Part shown: one piece after another, positions 1 through 16,268 of the stretch
Layout of the letters: each line of letters begins with the position of its first letter
Position numbering within the stretch: the first letter of the stretch is position 1
Assembly: GCA_964016885.1 (NCBI GenBank)
Contig: CAXHJY010000847.1
Span: 1 to 31,254 of the forward strand
Origin: Eledone cirrhosa
Lineage: Eukaryota
Direction: 5' to 3'
Length of the DNA stretch: 31,254 nucleotides
Notes under the pieces: model-generated
Seen by the model: only the letters and a program-made list of their open reading frames with translations
Database searches by the model: none
Told to the model about the DNA's origin: nothing
Program-made: the position numbers and the translations under genes

Positions 1-148
1 GAGGTGGTGAGAACAGACCTCAGATCATTGAAGCTCACGGTGGAGATGACGAGGACCGTGACGAGTGGAGAGATGCTGTGCTGAATAAGACCCGTCCCAC
101 CCTTGCAAGCAGGGAAAAGCGGACGTAAAATGATGATGATGATGATGA
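1..148 (+). mobile_element. 3' end of RTE-clade LINE (ORF C-terminus + (GAT)n tail), cut by window edge
   Basis: Reverse complement of 8887-9038 apart from a 1-bp indel; encodes ...[21 protein letters not shown] followed by ATGATGATG tail. Confidence 0.9.
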
Positions 149-175
149 AGATATATATATATATATTTATATATT

Positions 176-211
<36 letters not shown>

Positions 212-406
212 ATATATAAATATGTATATTTATATATATATTTATATTTATATATATATATATATAAATATATATATTTATATATATATATATATAAATA
301 TATATATTTATATATATATTTATATATATTTATATATTTATATATATATATTTATATATATATTTATATATTTATATATATATATTTATATATATATTTA
401 TATATT

Positions 407-437
<31 letters not shown>

Positions 438-460
438 TTATATATATATATATAAAATAT

Positions 461-553
<93 letters not shown>

Positions 554-592
554 TATATATATATATATATATAAATATATATATATATAAAT

Positions 593-642
<50 letters not shown>

Positions 643-684
643 ATTTATATATATATATATATAAATATATATAATATATATATA

Positions 685-725
<41 letters not shown>

Positions 726-726
<1 letters not shown>

Positions 727-949
727 AAATATTAAACAAATAATGAATAAACAATGAGACAGTTCCTTATATTAAACAAAAAAAGTTCATTATTTAACGA
801 TCGTTTCTAGGATATATATGTGTTAGAATTGGCATGCATATTCAACAGATCTATGTACAAAATTATACTTCTTTCCATGATATCCGGAATACATTGAGTT
901 CTTCATACGGATTGGACACTACCGTAAACTCTTGGTAGATTTATCTACA
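726..949 (+). mobile_element. Family C PLE-like element: inverted arm with decayed hammerhead 3' half + direct tail
   Basis: Near-identical copies at 5016-5238 and 8056-8278(-). Minus strand reads CCTA-GAAA-CGATCG-TT (palindromic helix III). ATTGAGT at 893-899, ~55 nt before (TA)n. Confidence 0.55.
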
Positions 950-969
950 TATATTTATATATATATATT

Positions 970-1008
<39 letters not shown>

Positions 1009-1013
1009 ATTTA

Positions 1014-1095
<82 letters not shown>

Positions 1096-1165
1096 AATAT
1101 ATATATATATATAATATATATATATAAAATATATATATATATATATAATATTTATATATATATAT

Positions 1166-1217
<52 letters not shown>

Positions 1218-1222
1218 ATATA

Positions 1223-1305
<83 letters not shown>

Positions 1306-1380
1306 AATATATATATATATAAATATAATATATATATATATATAAATATATAAATATATAATATATATATATAAATATAT

Positions 1381-1449
<69 letters not shown>

Positions 1450-1499
1450 ATATATAAATATATAAATATATATATATAATATATATATAAATATATATT

Positions 1500-1555
<56 letters not shown>

Positions 1556-1593
1556 AATATATAAATATATATATATATATAAAATATATATAT

Positions 1594-1648
<55 letters not shown>

Positions 1649-1670
1649 AATATATAAATATATATATATA

Positions 1671-1803
<133 letters not shown>

Positions 1804-1855
1804 AATATATAAATATATTATATATATAATATATAAATATATATATATAAATAAT

Positions 1856-1933
<78 letters not shown>

Positions 1934-1934
1934 A

Positions 1935-1965
<31 letters not shown>

Positions 1966-2054
1966 AATATATAATATATATATATATATGATATATATAA
2001 ATATATATATATTATATATATATATATTTATATATATATATATATTTATATATT

Positions 2055-2111
<57 letters not shown>

Positions 2112-2289
2112 TTATATATATATATATATTTATATATATTTTATATATATTATATATATTATATATATTATATATATATATATTTATATATATTATATTT
2201 ATATATATATATTTATAGTATATATATATATTATATATATTATATATTATTATATATATATATTATATATAATATATATATATATATAT

Positions 2290-2321
<32 letters not shown>

Positions 2322-2324
2322 ATT

Positions 2325-2391
<67 letters not shown>

Positions 2392-2450
2392 TTATATATA
2401 TATATATATTTATTATATATTTATATATATATATATATATTTATATATAT

Positions 2451-2550
2451 TTCGTTTCTGAATTTGTTTAGCAAGATTCTTTATCTGAAATCGTGTGTTG
2501 AAACCGATATTGTTTATACTTTGGGAGACCCTCCCAAAGTATAACAATAT
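2451..2550 (-). mobile_element. Family E minimal fold-back element (tail + ~20 bp hairpin)
   Basis: 2451-2527 is the reverse complement of the end of the 10961-11530 element; arms 2507-2527/2531-2550 with ACC loop. Confidence 0.8.
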
Positions 2551-2603
2551 TTATATATATTTATATATATATATATATTTATATATATTTATATATATAT
2601 ATT

Positions 2604-2642
<39 letters not shown>

Positions 2643-2916
2643 ATATATATATAAATTTATATATATATATATTTATATTTATATATATATTTATATATAT
2701 ATTTATATATATATATATATAAATTTATATATATATATATATAAATTTATATATATATATATTTATATTTATATATATATTTATATATATATATATAAAT
2801 TTATATATATATATATTTATATTTATATATATATTTATATATATATTTATATATATATATATATAAATTTATATATATATTATATTTATGTTTATATATA
2901 TATTTATATATATATT

Positions 2917-2949
<33 letters not shown>

Positions 2950-2988
2950 TTATATATATTTATATATATATATATATTTATATATATT

Positions 2989-3020
<32 letters not shown>

Positions 3021-3037
3021 TATATATATATATAAAT

Positions 3038-3070
<33 letters not shown>

Positions 3071-3173
3071 AATATATATATATATACATATATATTTATA
3101 TATATATATATATTTATAATATATATATTTATATATATATATATATATATATTTTATATATTTATATATATAT

Positions 3174-3208
<35 letters not shown>

Positions 3209-3274
3209 AATATATATATATGTATATATATTTATATATATATATTTATATATATATATTTATATATATATATT

Positions 3275-3370
<96 letters not shown>

Positions 3371-3410
3371 ATATTATATATATATATATTTATATTTATA
3401 TATATATATT

Positions 3411-3450
<40 letters not shown>

Positions 3451-3509
3451 TATATATATATATTTATATATATATATATTTATATATATATATATATATT
3501 ATATATAAA

Positions 3510-3542
<33 letters not shown>

Positions 3543-3611
3543 ATATATTTATATATATATATTTATATATATATATTTATATTTATATATATATATTTAT
3601 ATATATATATT

Positions 3612-3648
<37 letters not shown>

Positions 3649-3664
3649 ATTTATATATATATAT

Positions 3665-3733
<69 letters not shown>

Positions 3734-3747
3734 TATATATATATATT

Positions 3748-3781
<34 letters not shown>

Positions 3782-3810
3782 TATATATATATATATATAT
3801 ATTTATATAT

Positions 3811-3960
3811 AAAATATTAAACAAATAATGAATAAACAATGAAACAGTTCCTTATATTAAACAAAAAAGTTCATTATTTAACGATCGTTTCTAGGATATA
3901 TATGTGTTAGAATTGGCATGCATATTCAACAGATCTATGTACAAAATTATACAAAATTAT
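3811..3960. mobile_element. Family C fragment (inverted arm only), fused to a family E fragment
   Basis: Matches 726-866; ends in duplicated ACAAAATTAT. Confidence 0.75.
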
Positions 3961-4003
3961 TGGTTGGTTGGTTCCACAACCAGATAGTTGTTTATATATA
4001 TAT

Positions 4004-4048
4004 AGTCATAGTTCTTTCGTCACACACTCTGTGACCTCTTCAGTGACT
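4004..4048 (-). ncRNA. Type I hammerhead ribozyme, family E (within fragment 3961-4077)
   Basis: Minus strand: AGTCA CTGAAGA G GTCACA-gagtg-TGTGAC GAAA gaac TA TGACT. Confidence 0.7.
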
Positions 4049-4080
4049 GGGGATTTCTTTCTTCGTTTCTGTGCCTTATT

Positions 4081-4117
<37 letters not shown>

Positions 4118-4125
4118 ATATTTAT

Positions 4126-4196
<71 letters not shown>

Positions 4197-4223
4197 ATAT
4201 ATAAATAAATATATATATATATT

Positions 4224-4338
<115 letters not shown>

Positions 4339-4578
4339 ATTTATATATATTTATATATATATATATATATTTATATATATTTATATATATAATATATATA
4401 TATATATATAATATATTTATATATATATATATATAAATATGTATATTTATATATATATTTATATTATATATATAGTATATATAAATATATATATTTATAT
4501 ATATATATATAATATATATATTTATATATATATTTATATATATTTATATATTTATATATTTATATATATATATATATA

Positions 4579-4624
<46 letters not shown>

Positions 4625-4678
4625 TATATATATATTTATATATTTATATATATATATTTATATATATATTTATATATT

Positions 4679-4711
<33 letters not shown>

Positions 4712-4729
4712 TTATATATATATAAATAT

Positions 4730-4780
<51 letters not shown>

Positions 4781-4817
4781 TATATATATATATATATTTA
4801 TATATATATTTATATAT

Positions 4818-4864
<47 letters not shown>

Positions 4865-4871
4865 TATATAT

Positions 4872-4905
<34 letters not shown>

Positions 4906-4920
4906 TTATATATTTATATA

Positions 4921-5015
<95 letters not shown>

Positions 5016-5016
<1 letters not shown>

Positions 5017-5238
5017 AAATATTAAACAAATAATGAATAAACAATGAGACAGTTCCTTATATTAAACAAAAAAAGTTCATTATTTAACGATCGTTTCTAG
5101 GATATATATGTGTTAGAATTGGCATGCATATTCAACAGATCTATGTACAAAATTATACTTCTTTCCATGATATCCGGAATACATTGAGTTCTTCATACGG
5201 ATTGGACACTACCGTAAACTCTTGGTAGATTTATCTAC
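5016..5238 (+). mobile_element. Family C PLE-like element (duplicate of 726-949)
   Basis: Sequence appears identical to 726-949. Confidence 0.55.
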
Positions 5239-5245
5239 ATATATT

Positions 5246-5282
<37 letters not shown>

Positions 5283-5330
5283 TTATATTTTTATATTTAT
5301 ATATATATATATATTATATTATATATATAA

Positions 5331-5395
<65 letters not shown>

Positions 5396-5409
5396 AATAT
5401 ATATTTATC

Positions 5410-5440
<31 letters not shown>

Positions 5441-5587
5441 TTATATATATATATATATAAATATATATTTATATATATATAATAATATATATATATATAA
5501 TATATATATTTATATATATATATAATATATATATTATATTAATATATATATATATATAAATATATATAATATATATATATATATAAT

Positions 5588-5646
<59 letters not shown>

Positions 5647-5668
5647 TAAATATATAAATATATATATT

Positions 5669-5740
<72 letters not shown>

Positions 5741-5817
5741 AATATATATTTATATATATATATATATAAATATATAAAATATATATATATATATATATAT
5801 ATAGATAAATATATATT

Positions 5818-5848
<31 letters not shown>

Positions 5849-5880
5849 ATATAAATATATAAATATATATATATATATAA

Positions 5881-5961
<81 letters not shown>

Positions 5962-6004
5962 AATATATAAATATATATATATATATATATAAATATATAT
6001 ATAA

Positions 6005-6047
<43 letters not shown>

Positions 6048-6076
6048 TATAAATATATATATATATATATAATATA

Positions 6077-6109
<33 letters not shown>

Positions 6110-6110
6110 A

Positions 6111-6143
<33 letters not shown>

Positions 6144-6186
6144 AATATATAAATATATATATATATATATAAATATATAAATATAT

Positions 6187-6221
<35 letters not shown>

Positions 6222-6222
6222 A

Positions 6223-6253
<31 letters not shown>

Positions 6254-6254
6254 A

Positions 6255-6285
<31 letters not shown>

Positions 6286-6311
6286 AATATATAAATATAA
6301 ATATATATATT

Positions 6312-6343
<32 letters not shown>

Positions 6344-6383
6344 TATATATATTTATATATATATATATTTATATATATATATT

Positions 6384-6414
<31 letters not shown>

Positions 6415-6478
6415 TTATATATATATATTTATATATATTTATATATATTTATATATATATATATATATTTATATATAT

Positions 6479-6576
6479 TTCGTTTCTGAATTTGTTTAGC
6501 AAGATTCTTTATCTGAAATCGTGTGTTGAAACCGATATTGTTATACTTTGGAGACCCTCCCAAAGTATAACAATAT
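6479..6576 (-). mobile_element. Family E minimal fold-back element (duplicate of 2451-2550)
   Basis: Same sequence and junction; differs by two 1-bp homopolymer indels. Confidence 0.8.
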
Positions 6577-6625
6577 TTATATATATTTATATATATATAT
6601 ATATTTATATATATTTATATATATA

Positions 6626-6678
<53 letters not shown>

Positions 6679-6945
6679 ATATAAATTTATATATATATAT
6701 ATTTATATTTATATATATATTTATATATATATTTATATATATATATATATAAATTTATATATATATATATAAATTTATATATATATATATTTATTTATAT
6801 ATATATATTTATATATATATATATATAAATTTATATATATATATATTTATATTTATATATATATTTATATATATATTTATATATATATATATATAAATTT
6901 ATATATATATATATTTATATTTATATATATATTTATATATATATT

Positions 6946-6976
<31 letters not shown>

Positions 6977-7192
6977 TTATATATATATATATATTATATA
7001 TTTATATATATATATAATATATTTATATATATTTATATATATATATTTATATATATATAAATATATATATATATAAATATATTTATATATATAAATATAT
7101 ATATATATATAATATATTTATAATATATATATATATTTATATATATATATATTTATATATATTTATATATATATATTTATATATATATAAAT

Positions 7193-7262
<70 letters not shown>

Positions 7263-7328
7263 ATATTTATCATATATATATATTTATATATATATATATA
7301 TATATATTTTATATATTTATATATATAT

Positions 7329-7365
<37 letters not shown>

Positions 7366-7429
7366 AATATATATATATATGTATATATATTTATATATAT
7401 ATATTTATATATATATATTTATGTATATA

Positions 7430-7496
<67 letters not shown>

Positions 7497-7503
7497 ATAT
7501 ATA

Positions 7504-7553
<50 letters not shown>

Positions 7554-7565
7554 ATATATTTATAT

Positions 7566-7597
<32 letters not shown>

Positions 7598-7658
7598 TAT
7601 ATATATATATTTATATATATATATATTTATATATATATATATATATATATATAAATAT

Positions 7659-7729
<71 letters not shown>

Positions 7730-7797
7730 ATATATATATTATATATATATTTATATATTATATTTATATATTTTATATATATATATTTATATATTTA

Positions 7798-7830
<33 letters not shown>

Positions 7831-7853
7831 ATATATATTATATATTATATATA

Positions 7854-8047
<194 letters not shown>

Positions 8048-8055
8048 ATATATAT

Positions 8056-8277
8056 GTAGATAAATCTACCAAGAGTTTACGGTAGTGTCCAATCCGTATG
8101 AAGAACTCAATGTATTCCGGATATCATGGAAAGAAGTATAATTTTGTACATAGATCTGTTGAATATGCATGCCAATTCTAACACATATATATCCTAGAAA
8201 CGATCGTTAAATAATGAACTTTTTTTGTTTAATATAAGGAACTGTCTCATTGTTTATTCATTATTTGTTTAATATTT

Positions 8278-8278
<1 letters not shown>
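8056..8278 (-). mobile_element. Family C PLE-like element (inverted duplicate of 726-949)
   Basis: Reverse complement of 726-949. Confidence 0.55.
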
Positions 8279-8354
<76 letters not shown>

Positions 8355-8370
8355 ATATAAATATATATAA

Positions 8371-8414
<44 letters not shown>

Positions 8415-8453
8415 ATTTATATATATATATATTTATATATATATATATATATA

Positions 8454-8547
<94 letters not shown>

Positions 8548-8886
8548 ATATTTATATATATATATATATAAATATATAAATATATATATATATATATAAA
8601 TATATAAATATATATATAAATATATATATATAAATATATAATATATATATATAAATATATATATATAAATATATAAATATATATAAATACATATATAAAT
8701 ATATATATTTATATATATATATATATAAATATATATATTTATATATATATATATATAAATATATATATTTATATATATATATATATAAATATAAATATAT
8801 ATATAAATATACATATTTATATATATATATATATAAATATATATACTATATATATATATATAAATATATAAATATATATATATATA

Positions 8887-9898
<1,012 letters not shown>

Positions 9899-9971
9899 AA
9901 ATATATATAAATATATATATATATATATAAATATATATATATATTATATATAAATATATATATGAATATAT

Positions 9972-10140
<169 letters not shown>

Positions 10141-10146
10141 ATATAT

Positions 10147-10179
<33 letters not shown>

Positions 10180-10182
10180 AAT

Positions 10183-10228
<46 letters not shown>

Positions 10229-10241
10229 TATATATATAAAT

Positions 10242-10274
<33 letters not shown>

Positions 10275-10277
10275 AAT

Positions 10278-10310
<33 letters not shown>

Positions 10311-10337
10311 AATATATATATATATAAATATATATTT

Positions 10338-10370
<33 letters not shown>

Positions 10371-10509
10371 AATATATATATATAAATATATATATAATAT
10401 ATATATAAATAAATATATATATATAAAATATATATATATTTATATATATATATAAATATATATATATATTTATATATATATATATATATAAATATATATA
10501 TATATATTT

Positions 10510-10558
<49 letters not shown>

Positions 10559-10610
10559 TATATATTTATTTATATATATATATATATTTATTTATATATA
10601 TAAATATATA

Positions 10611-10644
<34 letters not shown>

Positions 10645-10671
10645 AATATATATATTTATTTATAAATATAA

Positions 10672-10704
<33 letters not shown>

Positions 10705-10705
10705 A

Positions 10706-10780
<75 letters not shown>

Positions 10781-10820
10781 AATATATATATATTATATAT
10801 ATATATATATATAAATAAAT

Positions 10821-10873
<53 letters not shown>

Positions 10874-10894
10874 TATATATATATATATATAAAT

Positions 10895-10929
<35 letters not shown>

Positions 10930-10960
10930 AATATATATATAAATATATAAATATATATAT

Positions 10961-11530
10961 ATATTGTTATACTTTGGGAGGGTCATGTTGCCAATAAGAA
11001 ACCACACGCACCAGTTGCTTTCACTTCAATTTAATTTAATATATATTTATAAATTTACAAATTTATAAATTTCTGGTTGGTTGGTTGGTTCCACAACCAG
11101 ATAGTTGTTTATATATATATAGTCATAGTTCTTTTGTCACACACTCTGTGACCTCTTCAGTGACTGGGATTTCTTTCTTCGTTTCTGTGCCTTTCCTTTC
11201 TTCTATCCTACGCCATTTTGTTTGACAGGATAGAAGAAAGGAAAGGCACAGAAACGAAGAAAGAAATCCCCAGTCACTGAAGAGGTCACAGAGTGTGTGA
11301 CGAAAGAACTATGACTATATATATATAAACAACTATCTGGTTGTGGAACCAACCAACCAACCAGAAATTTATAAATTTGTAAATTTATAAATATATATTA
11401 AATTAAATTGAAGTGAAAGCAACTGGTGCGTGTGTTTCTTATTGGCAACATGACCCTCCCAAAGTATAACAATATCGGTTTCAACACACGATTTCAGATA
11501 AAGAATCTTGCTAAACAAATTCAGAAACGA
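10961..11530 (+). mobile_element. Family E PLE-like fold-back element: ~249 bp inverted arms (10961-11209/11227-11475) + 55 nt tail
   Basis: Near-perfect inverted repeat with 17 nt spacer; hammerhead in each arm; unique tail 11476-11530 into (TA)n. Confidence 0.85.
11272..11316 (+). ncRNA. Type I hammerhead ribozyme, family E (minimal helix III, CUA site after 11311)
   Basis: Helix I AGTCA/TGACT, CTGAAGA 11277-11283, helix II GTCACA/TGTGAC, GAAA 11302-11305. Confidence 0.72.
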
Positions 11531-11919
11531 TATATATATATAAATATATAAATATATCTATATATCTATATATCTATATATAAATATATAAATATATCTA
11601 TATATCTATATATCTATATATAAATATATAAATATATCTATATATCTATATATATATATATCTATATATCTATATATAAATATATAAATATATCTATATA
11701 TATATATATCTATATATCTATATATCTATATATAAATATATAAATATATCTATATATCTATATATAAATATATAAATATATCTATATATCTATATATATA
11801 TATATCTATATATCTATATATCTATATATATATATATAAATATATCTATATATCTATATATATATATATAAATATATCTATATATAAATATATAAATATA
11901 TATCTATATATATATAAAT

Positions 11920-11978
<59 letters not shown>

Positions 11979-12002
11979 AAATATATATATATATATATAT
12001 AA

Positions 12003-12049
<47 letters not shown>

Positions 12050-12103
12050 TTATATATATATATATATATAAATATATATAATATATATTATAAATATATA
12101 TAT

Positions 12104-12162
<59 letters not shown>

Positions 12163-12181
12163 AATATATATATATATAAAT

Positions 12182-12234
<53 letters not shown>

Positions 12235-12237
12235 AAT

Positions 12238-12441
<204 letters not shown>

Positions 12442-12442
12442 A

Positions 12443-12603
<161 letters not shown>

Positions 12604-12610
12604 TATATAT

Positions 12611-12685
<75 letters not shown>

Positions 12686-12697
12686 AATATATATATA

Positions 12698-12866
<169 letters not shown>

Positions 12867-12867
12867 A

Positions 12868-13200
<333 letters not shown>

Positions 13201-13206
13201 TATATA

Positions 13207-13459
<253 letters not shown>

Positions 13460-13460
13460 A

Positions 13461-13561
<101 letters not shown>

Positions 13562-13860
13562 AATATATATATTTATATATATATATATATAAATATATAT
13601 AAAATATATATATATATATATATAAATATATATATTTATATATATATATATATATAAATAAATATATATAAATATATATATATATATATAAATAAATATA
13701 TATAAATATATATATATATATATAAATATATATATTTATATATATAAATATATATATTTATATATATATATATATAAATATATATATTTATATATATATA
13801 AATATATATATTTATATATATAAATATATATATTTATATATATATATATATAAATATATA

Positions 13861-13902
<42 letters not shown>

Positions 13903-13915
13903 TATATAAATATAT

Positions 13916-13948
<33 letters not shown>

Positions 13949-14664
13949 AATATAAATATATATATATAAATATATATATATAAATATAGTATTAAGGATA
14001 CTATTTATGGTTATGTATATACTAAAACCTTTTATAGTTATATATATTTTAAACCCTAAATAGTGAAAGACAGTAATTTATTACTACCTTATTACCAGTA
14101 AGATAAATAGCTCAATGTAATAACATCTGTTGTTCTACAGAGCAGTTATATAGAATTCACAAGAATCAAAGTTCTGTTCAATCCATTTATTCGCTTACAA
14201 TTGTTTCTTCCAAACCGAGGTTTGGAGTCTTCGGAGCAATTTTTCAATGATTGTTTACATGCATGACCTACTTTCCAACACAAGAGACATACAGAAACAT
14301 ATGTATATATTGATGCACAGTAGGTTGACATCCATTATAATATTTTAGCATGGCAATTTACATTCAAAGATTAAAGTCATATTAAAAGAAAACAAGATTA
14401 AAGTTAAGATACAACATTGGCAGTTTACGAAGATGATGCAAGAGGATAGTTAGAAGTAGTTAGTGTATGCAATAGTTATACGTGGGGCATGCACGTGTGT
14501 CTTATTTATATAAGGTTATAGTGCGGCAGGGTGTTATATGTAATACAAGCACTTTAAGCGGGCAATCAAGAGTATTATGGGGGTTGTATTGGTAAAGTAT
14601 TTTTTATATGTATGATATAGAAGCTTGTGTGCAGAGAAATATTAACAATATTAAAAATGATATA

Positions 14665-14937
14665 TATATTTATAAAACCATATTTATTTCATTATACATA
14701 TTTCAAGGACACCAAAGCAAATTATGGTGCTCTTTCATCAGATAAAATATAATATAGATCAGTTTTATAAACAAATATTGACATACCCTTAAAAGAATGC
14801 GACCATGTCTGTTGGAAGCTGCTGGATGTGTTTTTACTCCCGGATGTATTTTTACTCCAAAAATTTTGTTGAGTGCTTTATATCAGTTATAAAAATATTT
14901 GCTTGTTGTATCCCAACAAATTAAATATAACTTCTAC

Positions 14938-14939
<2 letters not shown>
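14665..14939 (+). mobile_element. Family G PLE-like element: inverted hammerhead arm + direct tail
   Basis: 14665-14810 homologous to 15103-15240; 14845-14939 is a diverged reverse complement of 14991-15083. Confidence 0.75.
14686..14748 (-). ncRNA. Type I hammerhead ribozyme, family G
   Basis: Minus strand: ATTTTAT CTGATGA AAGaGCACCA..TGGTGTcCTT GAAA TATGTA TA ATGAAAT. Confidence 0.72.
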
Positions 14940-14968
<29 letters not shown>

Positions 14969-14990
14969 TATAATATATATATATAAATAT

Positions 14991-15329
14991 ATGCAAAAGT
15001 TCTATTTAAAATTGTTGGGATACAACAAGTAGATATTTTATAACTGATATAAAGCACTCGACAAGTTTTTGGAGTAGATATACGATATTAATAAATGGAA
15101 ACTATATTTATAAAACCATATTTATTTCATTATACATATTTCAGGGATACCAAATTAAAATATGGTATGCCTTCATCAGACAAAATACAATATATAAACA
15201 GTTTTATAAATAATTTTGACGTACCCTATTAGATGCAACCATTATTTTTGGATTTGGTATCCCTGAAATATGTATAATGAAATAAATATGGTTTTATAAA
15301 TATAGTTTCCATTTATTAATATCGTATAT
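14991..15329 (-). mobile_element. Family G PLE-like fold-back element: perfect 78 bp arms (15078-15155/15252-15329) + tail
   Basis: Perfect inverted repeat; full hammerhead in the direct arm; tail ends in (TA)n at 14991. Confidence 0.82.
15124..15186 (-). ncRNA. Type I hammerhead ribozyme, family G
   Basis: Minus strand: ATTTTGT CTGATGA AGGcATACCA..TGGTATcCCT GAAA TATGTA TA ATGAAAT; helix II covaries with the 14686 copy. Confidence 0.75.
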
Positions 15330-15447
15330 ATAAATATATATATATATATATAGATATGCAACGTTTTTCGAAATATTTACTTCTGCGTATATATATATAT
15401 ATACTGGAAATTTTTTCCATACGGTGGTGTGTGTGTGCATACATTTA

Positions 15448-15690
15448 TATTTCTAGACTAAATTAGAATTTTTAGCCTGGTAAATAAATTAGGGGTACTT
15501 CCTTGTACCCCTTGACAAGTTCGGCTATTTATTTACCGGGCTAAAAATTCTAATTTAGTCTAGAAATAGCCGTCGATACGCCTTGAGCTCTGCCGTTGGG
15601 GTCATACTTTTTCCTATTTACCCACTCTACTACCCTAAGTACTCTGGTGCATTATGGTCCATCTAGTTCCTTACCACAATTCCTTCGTTA
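15448..15690 (+). mobile_element. Family B PLE-like fold-back element with decayed full hammerhead (15507-15602)
   Basis: Arms 15448-15489/15527-15568; ACCCC ttgacaa..CGGCTATTT...AAATAGCCG tc gata cgcc ttgagctct gccg tt GGGGT; tail homologous to 24509-24587. Confidence 0.75.
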
Positions 15691-15714
15691 TATATATATA
15701 TATATATATATATT

Positions 15715-15970
15715 ATCCTTTTTACTATGAAGTACATATTTACTACACATGATTGATTATTTTGAAATCCCCTGGGAACTACTTTCCACTGTGTCTCTCT
15801 CTGAAGATTTGTTGATGAGCTGATTATATTCCATAACTAGCTCAGAATAACGGAACCTATTTAGTAAATGATTATTTCATGATATGAAATAAAATACACA
15901 TTACAACTCTTTTCACAGATCAAATACTCTCCACACTTTCAGATATTCCAAGTAGTAATCTTTCTCTTTT
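15715..15970 (+). mobile_element. Possible old PLE-like element (family H) with degenerate hammerhead
   Basis: Between (TA)n tracts; CTGAAGA 15801-15807, TGAGCT/AGCTCA stem, GGAAC at 15852; decayed tail hairpin at 15906-15925. Confidence 0.3.
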
Positions 15971-16161
15971 TATATATATGTATATTATATATACATGCTT
16001 CCATTTGTCCAATATCAGTTCCTCTTTTAGAGACCTAATAACACTTTTAATCTACCTTGCAAAATGCAATGATATTTAACACCACATATATATATATATA
16101 CCAATGGAATATAACCCTATATATATATACCAATGGAATATAACCTTATATATATATAGAT

Positions 16162-16214
16162 GAGATTCTACAGGACTAGAACTGTTTCATTCTTTAGAAA
16201 TCATCAGGAATCTC
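16162..16214 (-). ncRNA. Type I hammerhead ribozyme, family A (mirror copy)
   Basis: Exact reverse complement of 16216-16268. Confidence 0.78.
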
Positions 16215-16215
16215 A

Positions 16216-16268
16216 GAGATTCCTGATGATTTCTAAAGAATGAAACAGTTCTAGTCCTGTAGAATCTC
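16216..16268 (+). ncRNA. Type I hammerhead ribozyme, family A (GUA site after 16261)
   Basis: GAGATTC CTGATGA tTTC-taaa-GAAt GAAA CAG-ttctagtc-CTG TA GAATCTC; 7-bp helix I, weak helix II. Confidence 0.8.

Noticed and set aside
8156-8212. Intact family C hammerhead
   Set aside because: Core reads CTGTTGA and helix I does not pair; only the GAAA-CGATCG-TT half is credible
11224-11280. Open frame [18 protein letters not shown] ending in the hammerhead TGA, as a PLE ORF C-terminus
   Set aside because: Only 18 codons of purine-rich sequence, no recognisable motif
14845-15083. MITE with ~95 bp TIRs
   Set aside because: Better explained as tails of two opposed family G elements, each connected to its own hammerhead arm
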